Of a stretch of DNA of 64,000 nucleotides, positions 28,660 to 40,037 are shown one piece after another; position 1 is the stretch's first letter, and each line of letters starts with the position of its first letter. This DNA is from a virus (Duplodnaviria; Caudoviricetes). The stretch is taken from IMG/VR virus record IMGVR_UViG_2585428004_000001, positions 55,987 to 119,986 of that record. One strand, 5' to 3'. Below the pieces are notes generated by a model, which searched no databases, was not told where the DNA came from, and saw nothing but the letters and a program-made list of their open reading frames with translations. The position numbers and the translations under genes were made by a program.

Positions 28660-31600
28660 TTATCTGTTATTTAATTGGTTTTTTAGATATCTCACTTGTT
28701 CCGATAATTCTTGAATTGCCTTCCATGCAAGAGTAGTCATACCATAGTTATCAACTGTCTTCTTGTCTGCTCCTTGTACTAAGAATGGTGCTTCCTCCGC
28801 AATCAATCCAATACTTACTCTTTCATCTTCGCTCTGAGAAGTGTATCGATATTGCTTTGGAGTGGCAGAGTTAATGATATCAAGTGCGCTACCATCAAAC
28901 TTATCAATATCTTTCTTATAATCCCTAGACGAAACTGTATCCCAGATTCCTGCAAGATGCGCCCAATCAGTGTCCGCAAAATTACGGAACTCAAAACGAC
29001 CCACGTTATGTTGCCATTTTATCGAGCCACCATCTCCAAATCGTATGAATCGGTTCACGCTGTCGCCCCAGAATGACATGAAGCGATATCCTTGCCAGAA
29101 CAAGTCAAGACCGCCATATGGCGCTTTTAATTCCATTACTCCTCTTGTACCTTTTCCAACAGGAACTAATAATCTAACTTGACCATCTGCATCCTTGATA
29201 GACCATGTAGCTTCAGAGCCTGCGCTTGAACCAGTGAGGATATTACCATACTGGTCAAACTTTACAGAGCCAGCATTTGGGAAGTCTAATGCTACACCAT
29301 TAGCATCTGTCTTCTGGATATGTGGGCGACCCTTTAGAATTAAGTCTCCTCCATTCGGCTCTAACGTTATCTTCCCAACAGACCATACGTTTAAATTGTT
29401 TTGAGCAAGGTCTGTAGCGTGGCTATAGTAAGAAATCTTTCCATATCCACTTTTACCCAATGCAGATATTGATAAATAATCTGGTGTAATCGTATTCTGA
29501 TATACTCCATTTCTTACCCTTATAATACCTTCATCTATCCAAGTCTCAGTGCTATCAACCTTAGACTTGGAAGCTATAGAGCCACCACTCATATAAGAGA
29601 AAGAGTTAGTCCCATCTGTCCGTACATAAATACCTCTTAATTCTCCAGTAGTTATCTTGGAAGCATCAATTTCCATAGCTTTGAACTTGGCGATAAAAGC
29701 ACTATCTGCAAATAAGTTGTTAATATTAATTTGTCTAGCAGTAACAGAGTCTGTCTTAATCTTGCCACCGTCAATAACAGTTACATTGCTCTCTGTAGTT
29801 GTAACAGAGTCAATCTTATTTTGAGCATTGTTAGCTAACGACTTAGCTGTTTCATTAATCTTTTTGATTAACTGAGCCAGTCTGTCATAATAGTCGTCAA
29901 ACTGCGCACGGAATGTAGCACCAACAACAGTAGAAGTAGTGGTCATATTTGTAAGTATTCCACCAGTTCCATTAAGAGCAGTGTTCAGAGTGTTATAAGC
30001 ATTAACGTAGTTTGTCTTCTCTGTTGTAATCCCATATGTCGTAGCTAAAGCCTCGTATTGTGGCTTTTCAGCTACCATTGTAGCCCATTCCTTTTTCAAT
30101 TGGACTTTTTCTACAGGAGTAATTTTACTATCAGAGGACATATCTGCGATAGCACTTTTAGCCTCTTGAGCCTTCGTGTCTGCGTTAGTACCAATAGTTC
30201 TAGACAATTCATTAATCTTTTTGATTAATTGAGCCTTTTTGTCATAATAGTCGTCAAAGGTATTTCTGAACGTAGTTCCATTAATATCGCTTGTCACTGT
30301 TGTATTAGTAAGGAATGGAGAGATAAATGTATTCAATGCATTGTAAGCATTAACATAATTTGTCTTCTCTGTCGTTACTCCATATGTTGTGGAAAGCGCC
30401 TCATACTGTGGCTTCTCAGCAGAAATCGTTGCCCACTCTTTCTTGAGCTGTTGCTTTTCGATTGGAGTAAGCTTACTATCGTTTGCCATGTCAGCAATAG
30501 CATTTTTGGATTCTTGAGCCTTTTTGTCAGCATCGTTAGCTAATATTCTAGCAGTCTCATTAATCTTTTTGATTAGCTGAGCCTTTTTATCATAGTAGTC
30601 ATCAAAAGTGCTTCTAAATGTCGCTCCGTTGATATCACTTGTGGTAGTCATATTAGAAATAATAGGAGTAACTGCTGTATTCAAGGCATTATAGGCATTA
30701 ACATAGTTTGTTTTCTCAGTAGTAATTCCATAAGTAGTAGACAGTGATTCATACTGAGGTTTCTCAGCAGTAATAGTTGCCCATTCCTTTTTCAATTGGA
30801 ATTTCTCTACTGGAGTGACTTTATTATCGTTAGACATATCAGCGATAGCTTTCTTAGACTCTTCTGCCTTTTTGTCTACATCAGAAATAATTTGGTCAAT
30901 ATCCCCTTGAGATAATCCCCAAGATGTTGCAACGTTCCCCTCCTCAATTTTTAAATTGTTGACACGAATCCAAGCATAACCATTTGAGCCTGTTAAGTCT
31001 CGTTTTGTCGCACCTGCTATAAGGATATAAGCGTTGTCATCATCTCTATCTGCTTTAAAGGTCAGTTTCACTTTATAATAGTATACCGTTGCTCCAGTAT
31101 AAACTGGTGCTACTTGTGGGAAATCTGTGACTTTAATGTCTCCAAGTCTGCGATTGCCACCTTCTACTGTGTACATGAGGTACATGTAGTCAAGGATATC
31201 TCCCAACTCACTTGTAGCGACATTCATAGATAGAGTATACTCTTGTCCTTTTTTAACAGAGAACTTTCTTCCGTTACCTTGAAGACCTACAGTAGCGCCT
31301 TTAGGAACAGCCAGTTGAGCGCCTGCATCATCTTTTGTTTCTACGTAAAGACTTCTTCCAATTGGAGCGATGATTCCATAAGCACCAACCTTGCCATAAG
31401 CTCCCCAACGAGACCAACCACTAGCACTTAAGAACTCTGTACCAGATACTAACTGATTTCCACCGATAACCATTCCATCAATCTTATTATTAGCACTGTC
31501 GCCAATAGATTTAGATGTTTCATTTACCTTTCTGATTAACTTGGATTTTTTATCATAGTAATCATCAAAGACACCTCTAAAGGTTGTTCCATTGATAGCG

Positions 31601-34600
31601 CTTGTTACTTGCATATCTTTTAAGTAACCATTAGTTCCATTAAGAGCGGTATTCAATGCATTGTAAGCATTGATGTAGTCAGTTTTCTCTGTTGCAACAG
31701 CGTAGCTGTTTGCCAAAGCTTCATAAGAAGGTTTTTCACTAACCATTGTCGCCCATTCTTTTTTCAATTGAACTTTTTCAACTGGAGTTAACTTACTGTC
31801 GCTCGACATATCGTCAACTCTATTAGTTACATCTTGAGCCTTTTTATCGGTATCGGAAACCATTTTGTCAATATCTTCTTTGGCATTAGACCAATCAGCT
31901 AGAACATCTCCAAAGTTTACTAAAGAACCTGCAAATGTCGCATCTACTGTTGTAGCCCCATTTGTAGCAAGGGTGATTCTAGCCTCTTTAAGAGTTCCTG
32001 TATATCCTGTTGTATCAAATTTAACGAACACACGAACCCATTTACCATTTGTAACAGTAGCCTGTTCTCCTATTGCGTAGAAGGTCTTGTCTGTTCCATT
32101 TTGGTCATAAATAAATCTCATGTAGACACGAGGATTTTCTTTAGGAGTAACAAGTGTTTTTACATTGATAAAAGCAGAAGCATAACCTTTAGCTTTTTCA
32201 AATGGTTCTAATGCTAAGTTTTGAATGATAAACGCTGATGGACTTGTAACTTGAAGACCTTTTAAAATCCCAAACCCTTCAAGACCTGTGACATCCACAA
32301 TCTTTGTTGTTGTGAGATTTGTAATTCCTTCCCATCCTGTATTACCAAGAGCAAACGTTGAGTTTAAGACATGGTTTCTATTTCTTACTGAGAATTCATT
32401 AATTCTTTTATCCATGTCTTCTGGAGCAGGCGAATGGTCTAATGGCTTATTACCTTTATACAGAGCCACCCAATCAACTGTAGCTGACGTTGTATTCTGT
32501 GGGTAATTATATAAGCTTAATTTTCTTTCGTTCCCTGCTGTTGTAGCCAATGCTTTGAATGTCACATAAGTTACGCCATCTACATAAGTTTCAGTTGCAT
32601 AACCAACTCTATTTGCAGAGCCATTCATCCAAACTCCAAACTGCTGTCCTGCAGAAATAGTACCTTTGATTACAAATGTATATTCTTGACCTGCAATCCA
32701 GTCTTCAGAAAGCGTATACGTGCTTACAAGATAACCTGTAGTTGAATAGTCTGTACCAGAATCCAAGATTAAGTTTCTTGAACTAATGTTCAATCCATCA
32801 ATCTTATTCTTGGCATCAGTACCTGCATTGACTTTATCCTTCATACTAGAGTCCAAGCTGTTAAACGTCACTAAACTTGTGATATCCAAATGTTCTCCAA
32901 GGATTTTAATACCCTCTTGACTTGCGTTAAGAGAAGCCATAACATTACCTTTTTTAACAACATTGATTGCAACTTCATCAGAAGTCTGTTGAATCTGAGT
33001 ACCTTGTGCAACCACAGTATCCTCTAAGTCATCTAAGTTGCCCTGCATATTAGTTACAGTTTGAGTAATCTTATCTGTTTCAATCTTAATCTCAGACTTA
33101 GCTTGAGTAACAGCATTGCTTATCTTTCCATCAGCTTCTATTTTTGTGTAAACATTTTCAGCCTCTGCTTTCAAGTTAATACTATCTTTCATCTGTGTAA
33201 TAGATGTGTTATGGCTTGAGATAGTGTTTCCTTGACTCGTCACTGTATTTGTTAAGTTAGTGACATTCTGAGAAATCTTATCTGTTTCAAGCTTGATTTC
33301 AGATTTAGCCTGTGTAACAGCAGTTGAAACCTTGCCATCAGCCTCTGTCTTTTTATAAACATCATTACTATTGGCTTTTAAGCTAATTTCTTCTGCTTGC
33401 TGTATAATTTCAGTCTCTGCATTAGAAACCCTAGATTCTACTTCAATTGAATCTTCTGGAGAGATATTGTGTTGACTAGCTTTATTACCTGCTTCAAGCA
33501 TAATATCCTTTATTTCTACTGATCCTGTGAATGCTCTGGCTGTTGCATATGCTTTTGCACTTGCGATTGGCTTATTAGCGACAGTGTGAGTCTTCGCTAA
33601 TCTTGTCCAGTCATAAGTGCCTTCTTGAACTACATTGTTTCTAATAGAAAGATAGCTTTTGGAATTGTCAGTATGAGTTATTTCAACTTCAAATCCAATC
33701 CAATAACTTGCTGTTCCATTACTTGCTAAATTAGTCGCTTTAATAGAGTAGCTAATTGTAATCTGCTTCCCTACAAACTCTTTCAACTTATCTGATACAG
33801 AGAAGTTAACAGTAGTGTCTTTCCCATTCAAGGCAGATAACTTCTGACTAGACCTATTCAGCATGTTGCTTCCTCCAAGAGCGACGTCATCAATGCTCTT
33901 ATTAACATCCTCTTGAGTTACCTTAGTTGAGATTTGGTTTGCTTGAACTGTAAGTTGAGATTCTGCCGTTTGTAATCTACCATTCGTCTTATCTAGTTCA
34001 GTCTGCTTTGCTCTTAAATTAATAGCTTCTGTATTAAGATTAATTTGAGTTTCAGCATCTGCAACTCGACCATTTAAGCCATCGTATTCTGATTTAGTAG
34101 CTTTTAAATCAATCTCATCAGTTAACTGATTAATACTAGTCTGTTGCTCATTAACAATATCATTTAAAGCATTGTATTCAGTCTTCTCTACCTTTTGGTT
34201 AATCTGGTCTGAATGCTGAATGATTGTACTTTCAGCAACCTCTAATCGACCTGTATACTTATTAAAGTCTTCAGTCTTAACCAGTAACTTAATCTCATCT
34301 TTCATGACATTAATAGAGCCTTCGTTGGCAGTAACCTTATTGCCCATGTTGGTAACGGTAGTGCTTTCTGCCTTTAATAGAATGGCATCTGCATTCTGCT
34401 TGATTTGAGTCTCAGCTTCTACAAGTCGAGTTTCATTCTTGTCACCAACACCGATTACACTAGTCAACTTATCAACTTGTGAAGAAAGTTTTACTCCAAG
34501 AGAAACCTGCTCCACTGCTCCACTATGTTCATAATGAAGGATTTCAACTGTATTCCATCCTGCTCTGAATGTTAAAGGAACAGATAGTCCAGTAGAACTT

Positions 34601-35415
34601 GTAGTTCTCTCATACATCTTTGCACCATTCATGTATATAACAGCACCATCATCATTTGTTACATTTAGTGTAACCGTCTTGGCAACCTTCATATATACAT
34701 TTGTGAAATAGTGACCAATGTAATAGTCTCCTGTAAATGGTTTGATTATAGAGTTATCATCGTAATCAATAATTACACTTGGCTGTTTTCCTTTAATATG
34801 ATTAAAAGAAGGAATAGCCCCTGCAGAACCTATGTTGATGTCATACTTTCTAGCAACCCATCGATTTAAGCCAACAGCACCGTCAAACTCTGTTTTAGTA
34901 ATTTTAGAACCTAATTCACCTTTTACATTGGTAATCTCAGTTTCAACAGTTTCTACTCTTCCCTTAACACCTTCAAAAGCGCTTAAGTCAGCTTTGTCGT
35001 TAAGTCTTCCAGTAACCAACTGGTACTCTTCGTTGTACTTATCGATATTAACCTTGTCTAGGAGTTCTCCTTCTAGCTTCTGATAGTTTGCTTCATAAGC
35101 TTCTTTATCGACAAGTTTATTAACTTGCTCGTCAACATACATCTTCTCTACTTTATCTAAGAGGTCACCTTGAACCTTTCCTAGTTCTGTTTGTACATTA
35201 CCAGTAATAGTTACTAGTTCATTTTGCGTACCTTCAATACCATCAAAGCGATTGTCAACATCGGCTTCTAGTGCGTTGCCATTAGCTATCAACTCATTAA
35301 TAGCTGAGACAATGTCTGTTTTCGATGCTGTCAATAGTTTCTCTAAATCGCCAACGGATTTAACAGATGCATATTTCCAAACTCCATCTTCTAAATATCT
35401 AATTACTCTAGCCAT
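28660..35415 (-). CDS. Large tail fibre/receptor-binding protein (2251 aa) with PA14-like and carbohydrate-binding modules, internal repeats and C-terminal S74 intramolecular chaperone
   Basis: NDDG PA14-like motif, several N-L-L/I..E-x-G-N-K/V modules, 116-aa repeats, SSRDYKKDI cleavage motif. Confidence 0.85.
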   Translation of the reverse strand: MARVIRYLEDGVWKYASVKSVGDLEKLLTASKTDIVSAINELIANGNALEADVDNRFDGIEGTQNELVTITGNVQTELGKVQGDLLDKVEKMYVDEQVNKLVDKEAYEANYQKLEGELLDKVNIDKYNEEYQLVTGRLNDKADLSAFEGVKGRVETVETEITNVKGELGSKITKTEFDGAVGLNRWVARKYDINIGSAGAIPSFNHIKGKQPSVIIDYDDNSIIKPFTGDYYIGHYFTNVYMKVAKTVTLNVTNDDGAVIYMNGAKMYERTTSSTGLSVPLTFRAGWNTVEILHYEHSGAVEQVSLGVKLSSQVDKLTSVIGVGDKNETRLVEAETQIKQNADAILLKAESTTVTNMGNKVTANEGSINVMKDEIKLLVKTEDFNKYTGRLEVAESTIIQHSDQINQKVEKTEYNALNDIVNEQQTSINQLTDEIDLKATKSEYDGLNGRVADAETQINLNTEAINLRAKQTELDKTNGRLQTAESQLTVQANQISTKVTQEDVNKSIDDVALGGSNMLNRSSQKLSALNGKDTTVNFSVSDKLKEFVGKQITISYSIKATNLASNGTASYWIGFEVEITHTDNSKSYLSIRNNVVQEGTYDWTRLAKTHTVANKPIASAKAYATARAFTGSVEIKDIMLEAGNKASQHNISPEDSIEVESRVSNAETEIIQQAEEISLKANSNDVYKKTEADGKVSTAVTQAKSEIKLETDKISQNVTNLTNTVTSQGNTISSHNTSITQMKDSINLKAEAENVYTKIEADGKISNAVTQAKSEIKIETDKITQTVTNMQGNLDDLEDTVVAQGTQIQQTSDEVAINVVKKGNVMASLNASQEGIKILGEHLDITSLVTFNSLDSSMKDKVNAGTDAKNKIDGLNISSRNLILDSGTDYSTTGYLVSTYTLSEDWIAGQEYTFVIKGTISAGQQFGVWMNGSANRVGYATETYVDGVTYVTFKALATTAGNERKLSLYNYPQNTTSATVDWVALYKGNKPLDHSPAPEDMDKRINEFSVRNRNHVLNSTFALGNTGWEGITNLTTTKIVDVTGLEGFGILKGLQVTSPSAFIIQNLALEPFEKAKGYASAFINVKTLVTPKENPRVYMRFIYDQNGTDKTFYAIGEQATVTNGKWVRVFVKFDTTGYTGTLKEARITLATNGATTVDATFAGSLVNFGDVLADWSNAKEDIDKMVSDTDKKAQDVTNRVDDMSSDSKLTPVEKVQLKKEWATMVSEKPSYEALANSYAVATEKTDYINAYNALNTALNGTNGYLKDMQVTSAINGTTFRGVFDDYYDKKSKLIRKVNETSKSIGDSANNKIDGMVIGGNQLVSGTEFLSASGWSRWGAYGKVGAYGIIAPIGRSLYVETKDDAGAQLAVPKGATVGLQGNGRKFSVKKGQEYTLSMNVATSELGDILDYMYLMYTVEGGNRRLGDIKVTDFPQVAPVYTGATVYYYKVKLTFKADRDDDNAYILIAGATKRDLTGSNGYAWIRVNNLKIEEGNVATSWGLSQGDIDQIISDVDKKAEESKKAIADMSNDNKVTPVEKFQLKKEWATITAEKPQYESLSTTYGITTEKTNYVNAYNALNTAVTPIISNMTTTSDINGATFRSTFDDYYDKKAQLIKKINETARILANDADKKAQESKNAIADMANDSKLTPIEKQQLKKEWATISAEKPQYEALSTTYGVTTEKTNYVNAYNALNTFISPFLTNTTVTSDINGTTFRNTFDDYYDKKAQLIKKINELSRTIGTNADTKAQEAKSAIADMSSDSKITPVEKVQLKKEWATMVAEKPQYEALATTYGITTEKTNYVNAYNTLNTALNGTGGILTNMTTTSTVVGATFRAQFDDYYDRLAQLIKKINETAKSLANNAQNKIDSVTTTESNVTVIDGGKIKTDSVTARQININNLFADSAFIAKFKAMEIDASKITTGELRGIYVRTDGTNSFSYMSGGSIASKSKVDSTETWIDEGIIRVRNGVYQNTITPDYLSISALGKSGYGKISYYSHATDLAQNNLNVWSVGKITLEPNGGDLILKGRPHIQKTDANGVALDFPNAGSVKFDQYGNILTGSSAGSEATWSIKDADGQVRLLVPVGKGTRGVMELKAPYGGLDLFWQGYRFMSFWGDSVNRFIRFGDGGSIKWQHNVGRFEFRNFADTDWAHLAGIWDTVSSRDYKKDIDKFDGSALDIINSATPKQYRYTSQSEDERVSIGLIAEEAPFLVQGADKKTVDNYGMTTLAWKAIQELSEQVRYLKNQLNNR
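29800..31810 (-). repeat. Four copies of a 116-aa (348-bp) module in the fibre gene
   Basis: Repeat starts (Met codons) at 31809, 30837, 30489 and 30141; the last three are tandem at exactly 348 bp. Confidence 0.9.
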
Positions 35416-35648
35416 TAATTATATATCCACACTCTCCTTTTAATGGTTTTGTTTAATAACAATATAAGAGAAGTACTCATCTCTTATATATTTTAATGGT
35501 TTTGTTCTAGTTAATTATACTATTATAAGTAGGATTGGTCAACCCTACTTATCTAATAAAATCGTGATTTTAATAACTATTTTTTTTAGATACAAAAAAA
35601 AGGAGACTGTCGCCTCTTGTGAGAAAACAGCCCCCTTTTGTCAGCTAA

Positions 35649-36407
35649 TTACTCACCAATGATTTTGTAAGTAGCCATGTTTTTGTTTTTGTCTGGGAAC
35701 AAGTCGAATGTGATTTCTAACTTAGTTGGTTCAGTCGCAGACATTGTGATTGTGAAATTAGATTGTGGACGAGCCATTGGGTACTCGATTTGGATGAATT
35801 CATCCTTACCAGATTCTTTCTCACGGATTAACGCATCTGCAACGATACGAACAGCTTTAGGGAACTTATCAGCAGAGATATTGATTACTTTTGCTTGAGT
35901 ATCTTTTACTAAGAAGTAAACAGCGTAAGCATCTCCTTCTACAGCATCAGTACCGAAAGTAACGTCAGAACCAGTTACAGAGAATTGAGAAGCAGTTGGA
36001 GCAGTTTCAACTTCTGTTAAAGGTTGTCCAATATGTTCTACTTCGTCAGCGCCAACTTTAATTACAGCTACAGAGCCTTTTAATGGTGCGCCACCTAAAC
36101 TAGCTTTCTTAGTAGAGCCAACCTTAACGATTTCACGTTTTGCAACGTTTGTTTCTCCAGTTACGATTTCAGAACCTGCAACTAAAGCAATCCACTTAAG
36201 GTCGAATACTTCCATCTCAACTTTTAATGTACTCTGACGGTCAGAGTCCCATGCGATTGCGTTAGTACCTTTAGACTTTGCGAAAGTACGCTCAGAAGTC
36301 CATTCATTTGTAGAAACGTTTGCGTAGTCAGAGAATAAATCTGGTACGTTTGTAGCTTTGTCAAACAATGTGATGTTTGCACAGTCTTTAATTCCGTAAA
36401 TTGCCAT
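35649..36407 (-). CDS. Major tail (tube) protein
   Basis: Position, size, strongly biased codon usage, downstream terminator; SPbeta-like gene order. Confidence 0.7.
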   Translation of the reverse strand: MAIYGIKDCANITLFDKATNVPDLFSDYANVSTNEWTSERTFAKSKGTNAIAWDSDRQSTLKVEMEVFDLKWIALVAGSEIVTGETNVAKREIVKVGSTKKASLGGAPLKGSVAVIKVGADEVEHIGQPLTEVETAPTASQFSVTGSDVTFGTDAVEGDAYAVYFLVKDTQAKVINISADKFPKAVRIVADALIREKESGKDEFIQIEYPMARPQSNFTITMSATEPTKLEITFDLFPDKNKNMATYKIIGE

Positions 36408-36484
36408 CTTATAGATGCACCTCTTCTTGTATTATTTTGCAATGGTTTTGTTTAACATTGCATTTGTGATTAAAGGGATTACCT

Positions 36485-37252
36485 TTAATTTCCGATTTTA
36501 AGTGTTTCTAGCCAGTGCTTGATATCATCTTTAACATCAAACTTCTCGCTAAGTTTGTACTGCATTGCAGTACGATAAGTGTCCATTCCAATAATACTTT
36601 TGTAAGCATTGTAGAATTGGAAGTAAGTCATCTCATCTATCTCTCTTGGAGCGATGTATGATGTCCCACCAAAGGATACATAGTTTGCTATATCTTGCAA
36701 ATGAACAGCATCCTTTTCAGCCTTTCTTCTTCTACCCTTTTGTAGCTTCTCCCAGATATCTTTCTGTCTCTTGGTCATATTCTTAGGAGGCTTTTCAACC
36801 TCAATGTCCTTTCGACCTAAGACACCTTGGATAACCTTTCTTAGATTTTCAAACTCATTCTTATCAATAAGATAAGATTTGTTTACAACGATTTTCTGTC
36901 TCTTTTCAAGGACTTTAATATCATCTGCTCTAAGGAAATAGGACAGGCTGTGTTTTAACACTTCTAATGCACCTTCACTATTGAAAACTGCCTTGTCTAG
37001 AATGGTAGTACCTTCGTCTCCTTTTAAGAAGAACAGTTCGAAGATACTCCATTTTCTAACAAGTTCTTCCTCATTGTCAGCGCCAGTGAAGACAGCATCT
37101 GTCGTAAGGATATAGGGCATTATCAACGATTGGAACAAGTCCTCTCCCATATCTACAACCTCTTTCATCGAAGGTTGATAGACATATGTCTGGCTATCTT
37201 CGTCAACCAGAATTGGTCTGCCCATAAATACTCTCATTTTATCTACAGTCAT
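36485..37252 (-). CDS. Virion morphogenesis protein
   Basis: 255 aa in the head-tail module. Confidence 0.6.
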   Translation of the reverse strand: MTVDKMRVFMGRPILVDEDSQTYVYQPSMKEVVDMGEDLFQSLIMPYILTTDAVFTGADNEEELVRKWSIFELFFLKGDEGTTILDKAVFNSEGALEVLKHSLSYFLRADDIKVLEKRQKIVVNKSYLIDKNEFENLRKVIQGVLGRKDIEVEKPPKNMTKRQKDIWEKLQKGRRRKAEKDAVHLQDIANYVSFGGTSYIAPREIDEMTYFQFYNAYKSIIGMDTYRTAMQYKLSEKFDVKDDIKHWLETLKIGN

Positions 37253-37269
37253 CTCTTATAACCTCCAGA

Positions 37270-37794
37270 CTAACTAAAGTCTGATACAGTAAAGCTAACT
37301 GTATATCCACCAAATTTGTTATTGTGAAACCATAATTCGTTGGCATATCGAAGTTTCAACTTACCCATGTTGCCAATATCTGTTGCACCTTCAAATAGTT
37401 TCTCGATTTCACCTAACATTAAATCTTGACGAATTCCACTGTCTGTTTTCATTAAGTCAGTGTGCGTGAAAATATAAAAATATACTTCCCCTGCTTGATA
37501 GTCGTCATAGATATTAAATCCTTCTTGGAGTCTTCTGAATCCACTAAGACCTATAGTAATAAATGATTTCTTCATTTCAACAGGGTCTGGTACAAACCTA
37601 AATGGATAAACCCTGTCATACATTAGAGACATTCTCTGGTCTTCAGATATATCCCTAAATAATGCATCTGTTTCATTAAACAGTAATAGCTTTGTGAGCG
37701 TTTCAGATTCCAAAATCTTATTCAGTATCATCATTTTATACTGAGGTATCTTTTGGATAGCAGACTCTCCACGATTCTTTACAGACTTTGTCAT
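37270..37794 (-). CDS. Putative tail terminator
   Basis: Size and position in the head-tail joining module. Confidence 0.55.
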   Translation of the reverse strand: MTKSVKNRGESAIQKIPQYKMMILNKILESETLTKLLLFNETDALFRDISEDQRMSLMYDRVYPFRFVPDPVEMKKSFITIGLSGFRRLQEGFNIYDDYQAGEVYFYIFTHTDLMKTDSGIRQDLMLGEIEKLFEGATDIGNMGKLKLRYANELWFHNNKFGGYTVSFTVSDFS

Positions 37795-37808
37795 CTAATC
37801 ACCCTCTC

Positions 37809-38828
37809 TTAATATGGACTAATAATTTTTACCGCCTTAGAAGCAAGTACACCATCTGCTGTTTTGCCAACGATAGTAATCTGCGAACCAACCTTTTGGA
37901 AGTTGGATACAATTCTAATAGAAATGCCTTTTGTACTTTGTTCAACAATCGTTGCTATTGCGCTATCATCCATGACAGTCCACTCAGTAACACCTTCTTC
38001 TGGCACGAGCTGACCATTTTCATAGACACTAGCTTCATATTTCACAGTAGAACCAATCTTGGCTTTATCAGAACCAGTGATAACCAACGTTTTCTCTATA
38101 GGATTTGGCTTTTCTTCCTCACCAGTAGATGGCTTTTCTCCATTAATATAGTAATCTGCAATACCAAGTTCGACATTGTCCCTAGTTGGGTCTACAAAGT
38201 CTTCCTCAAGTAAGAACTGAATCATCCCATTACGAGACATCCATTCCTTAAACATGACTTGATATACAGCTCCACTAATGAATACCCTTTGACCAAGTTT
38301 AATTGACCTCGTCTGTGGATTGTCTTGCATGTACATTAACATTTTAGCGTTTACAATCCATGAGTGATGACCAGATGTACTAAGACCAAGTGTATATAAT
38401 GTATTGTTCTTGATTACAGCAGGATGACCATCGCCATCTTTTCCACTGACCTTACCATCAATCATCCACTTGATTCTTCCATTTGATGGTCTGATTTTGG
38501 TTTGCTTATGAGTTGGAACAGACTTTTCTTCATCAGAGAATATTAACCATTCTCTTTCTCGCCACTTCATAATTGAACCAACTTTTAAATTACTCTCATT
38601 CTTTACAACCATATACTTATCATCTGACAAGTCTTTATTGTTGTTTTGGTTTTGGTCATTGATTACTGCGAATTGTTTTACGCCATCAATTTCAACCTCT
38701 TCCTTTGCAAGAGTATTCTCAAACCATAATTCAAAAGACCTCGACATTTTCTTGAAATTTCTCTCATATCGAGTTCCACCTTTGGCATCCATTCGACTTC
38801 TAAATGTTGAGTAACTCACTCTTACCAC
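37809..38828 (-). CDS. Head-tail joining protein with C-terminal Ig-like domain
   Basis: Context and beta-rich C-terminus. Confidence 0.55.
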   Translation of the reverse strand: MVRVSYSTFRSRMDAKGGTRYERNFKKMSRSFELWFENTLAKEEVEIDGVKQFAVINDQNQNNNKDLSDDKYMVVKNESNLKVGSIMKWREREWLIFSDEEKSVPTHKQTKIRPSNGRIKWMIDGKVSGKDGDGHPAVIKNNTLYTLGLSTSGHHSWIVNAKMLMYMQDNPQTRSIKLGQRVFISGAVYQVMFKEWMSRNGMIQFLLEEDFVDPTRDNVELGIADYYINGEKPSTGEEEKPNPIEKTLVITGSDKAKIGSTVKYEASVYENGQLVPEEGVTEWTVMDDSAIATIVEQSTKGISIRIVSNFQKVGSQITIVGKTADGVLASKAVKIISPY

Positions 38829-39256
38829 CCCTCTAACGAGAAGTCTTTGTAAGTGTAAGAAACAGCGTACTCACGAATTTCATCTTTAAGCTTTTCATCA
38901 ATCTTTGATATTTCTTTAAGATATCCTGTACCCTGCACAGCTTTATAGTCTCTGTCACCAATTTCTTTGCTCATTAAATCTGCATTATATAACTTAGAAG
39001 ACAACCATGCCTTCTTCATCCCTAATGCTAAGATGTGCTGTTCCTGTGTAGTTAAGTCTTCATGAAACTCACCTACACCATTTTCCTCAGTGATTAATTC
39101 CAAATTCTTGGTACACTGTGGAAAGTGTAGGCTTCTAGCTTCATCAAGATAACCAAAGAGGACTTCATTCAATTCCTCGTCAGAGACAAGTTTCAATGTG
39201 TAGTCATCTATCATTCCTAGGAACTTCCTGTTAATAGACATGAAAGATGTCGCCAT
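38822..39256 (-). CDS. Putative head-tail adaptor/connector
   Basis: Helical 144-aa protein downstream of the capsid gene. Confidence 0.55.
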   Translation of the reverse strand: MATSFMSINRKFLGMIDDYTLKLVSDEELNEVLFGYLDEARSLHFPQCTKNLELITEENGVGEFHEDLTTQEQHILALGMKKAWLSSKLYNADLMSKEIGDRDYKAVQGTGYLKEISKIDEKLKDEIREYAVSYTYKDFSLEGW

Positions 39257-39267
39257 TGCAACACCTC

Positions 39268-39912
39268 CTAGATTCTTAAGTCTTCGTCAACCTCTGTCGC
39301 TTCAGCATCTTCGAAGATTTCGTCACCAACATGCTTTCTAATAACCTGCATCTTTTGGTAGTCACCAAATTCACCAAGTTTAAATAGACCTACAGCAGTT
39401 TCGATAATCTTCTTAACTAGCTTCGAATCGGAAGTTTCCATGACGTGCTTGAATTTTTGTGTATTTGATTTAAGAATGAATTCTTTAATATCAGACGAGT
39501 CTACCTGTCCACGTTTCCACTCTGGACTAAGAGCGAAATACTCATCATACTTCTTATCTAATCCAAGATAAACAAGTACATCTTCTAATTCATACTCTCC
39601 ACCAACAACCTCTGTAATCAGTAAGCTGAATCCTTCTAAAATCTTTCTGTTAGAGTTTAGAATTACACGAAGGTCGCCAACAGTAATATAGTCTTCATCC
39701 CCACGACTTTCCATATCTAATGCTGTTTGCATTTTTGGATTGTCATAGACAAAGCGCCACAGCTCATTATTCACTACGATTACCTCTGTATTGCGGTCAA
39801 TATTTACACGCTTTCTACGTTGAGGCTTCTCGTCTCGTTTATTTAACTCTGGACGATTATTTCTATTGTTATTTCTTCGATTTGAATGGTTATGTTTTTC
39901 CATCTTTTGCAC
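39268..39912 (-). CDS. Hypothetical morphogenesis protein
   Basis: 214 aa directly after the capsid gene. Confidence 0.65.
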   Translation of the reverse strand: MQKMEKHNHSNRRNNNRNNRPELNKRDEKPQRRKRVNIDRNTEVIVVNNELWRFVYDNPKMQTALDMESRGDEDYITVGDLRVILNSNRKILEGFSLLITEVVGGEYELEDVLVYLGLDKKYDEYFALSPEWKRGQVDSSDIKEFILKSNTQKFKHVMETSDSKLVKKIIETAVGLFKLGEFGDYQKMQVIRKHVGDEIFEDAEATEVDEDLRI

Positions 39913-40037
39913 TCTCCCACTATTTTTGCAATGGTTTTGTTTAATAAAGGAAAGAAGGAGTCGTCTAGGTACTCCTCCCCTCCCTTATATAGATTGTATC
40001 ACAATGACAATGTCATTTCAATGGTTTTGTTTAAAGA

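Noticed and set aside
24942-35415. Shufflon or diversity-generating retroelement acting on the fibre gene
   Set aside because: No reverse transcriptase, TR/VR pair or inverted cassettes were seen; the repeats are in-frame direct protein repeats.
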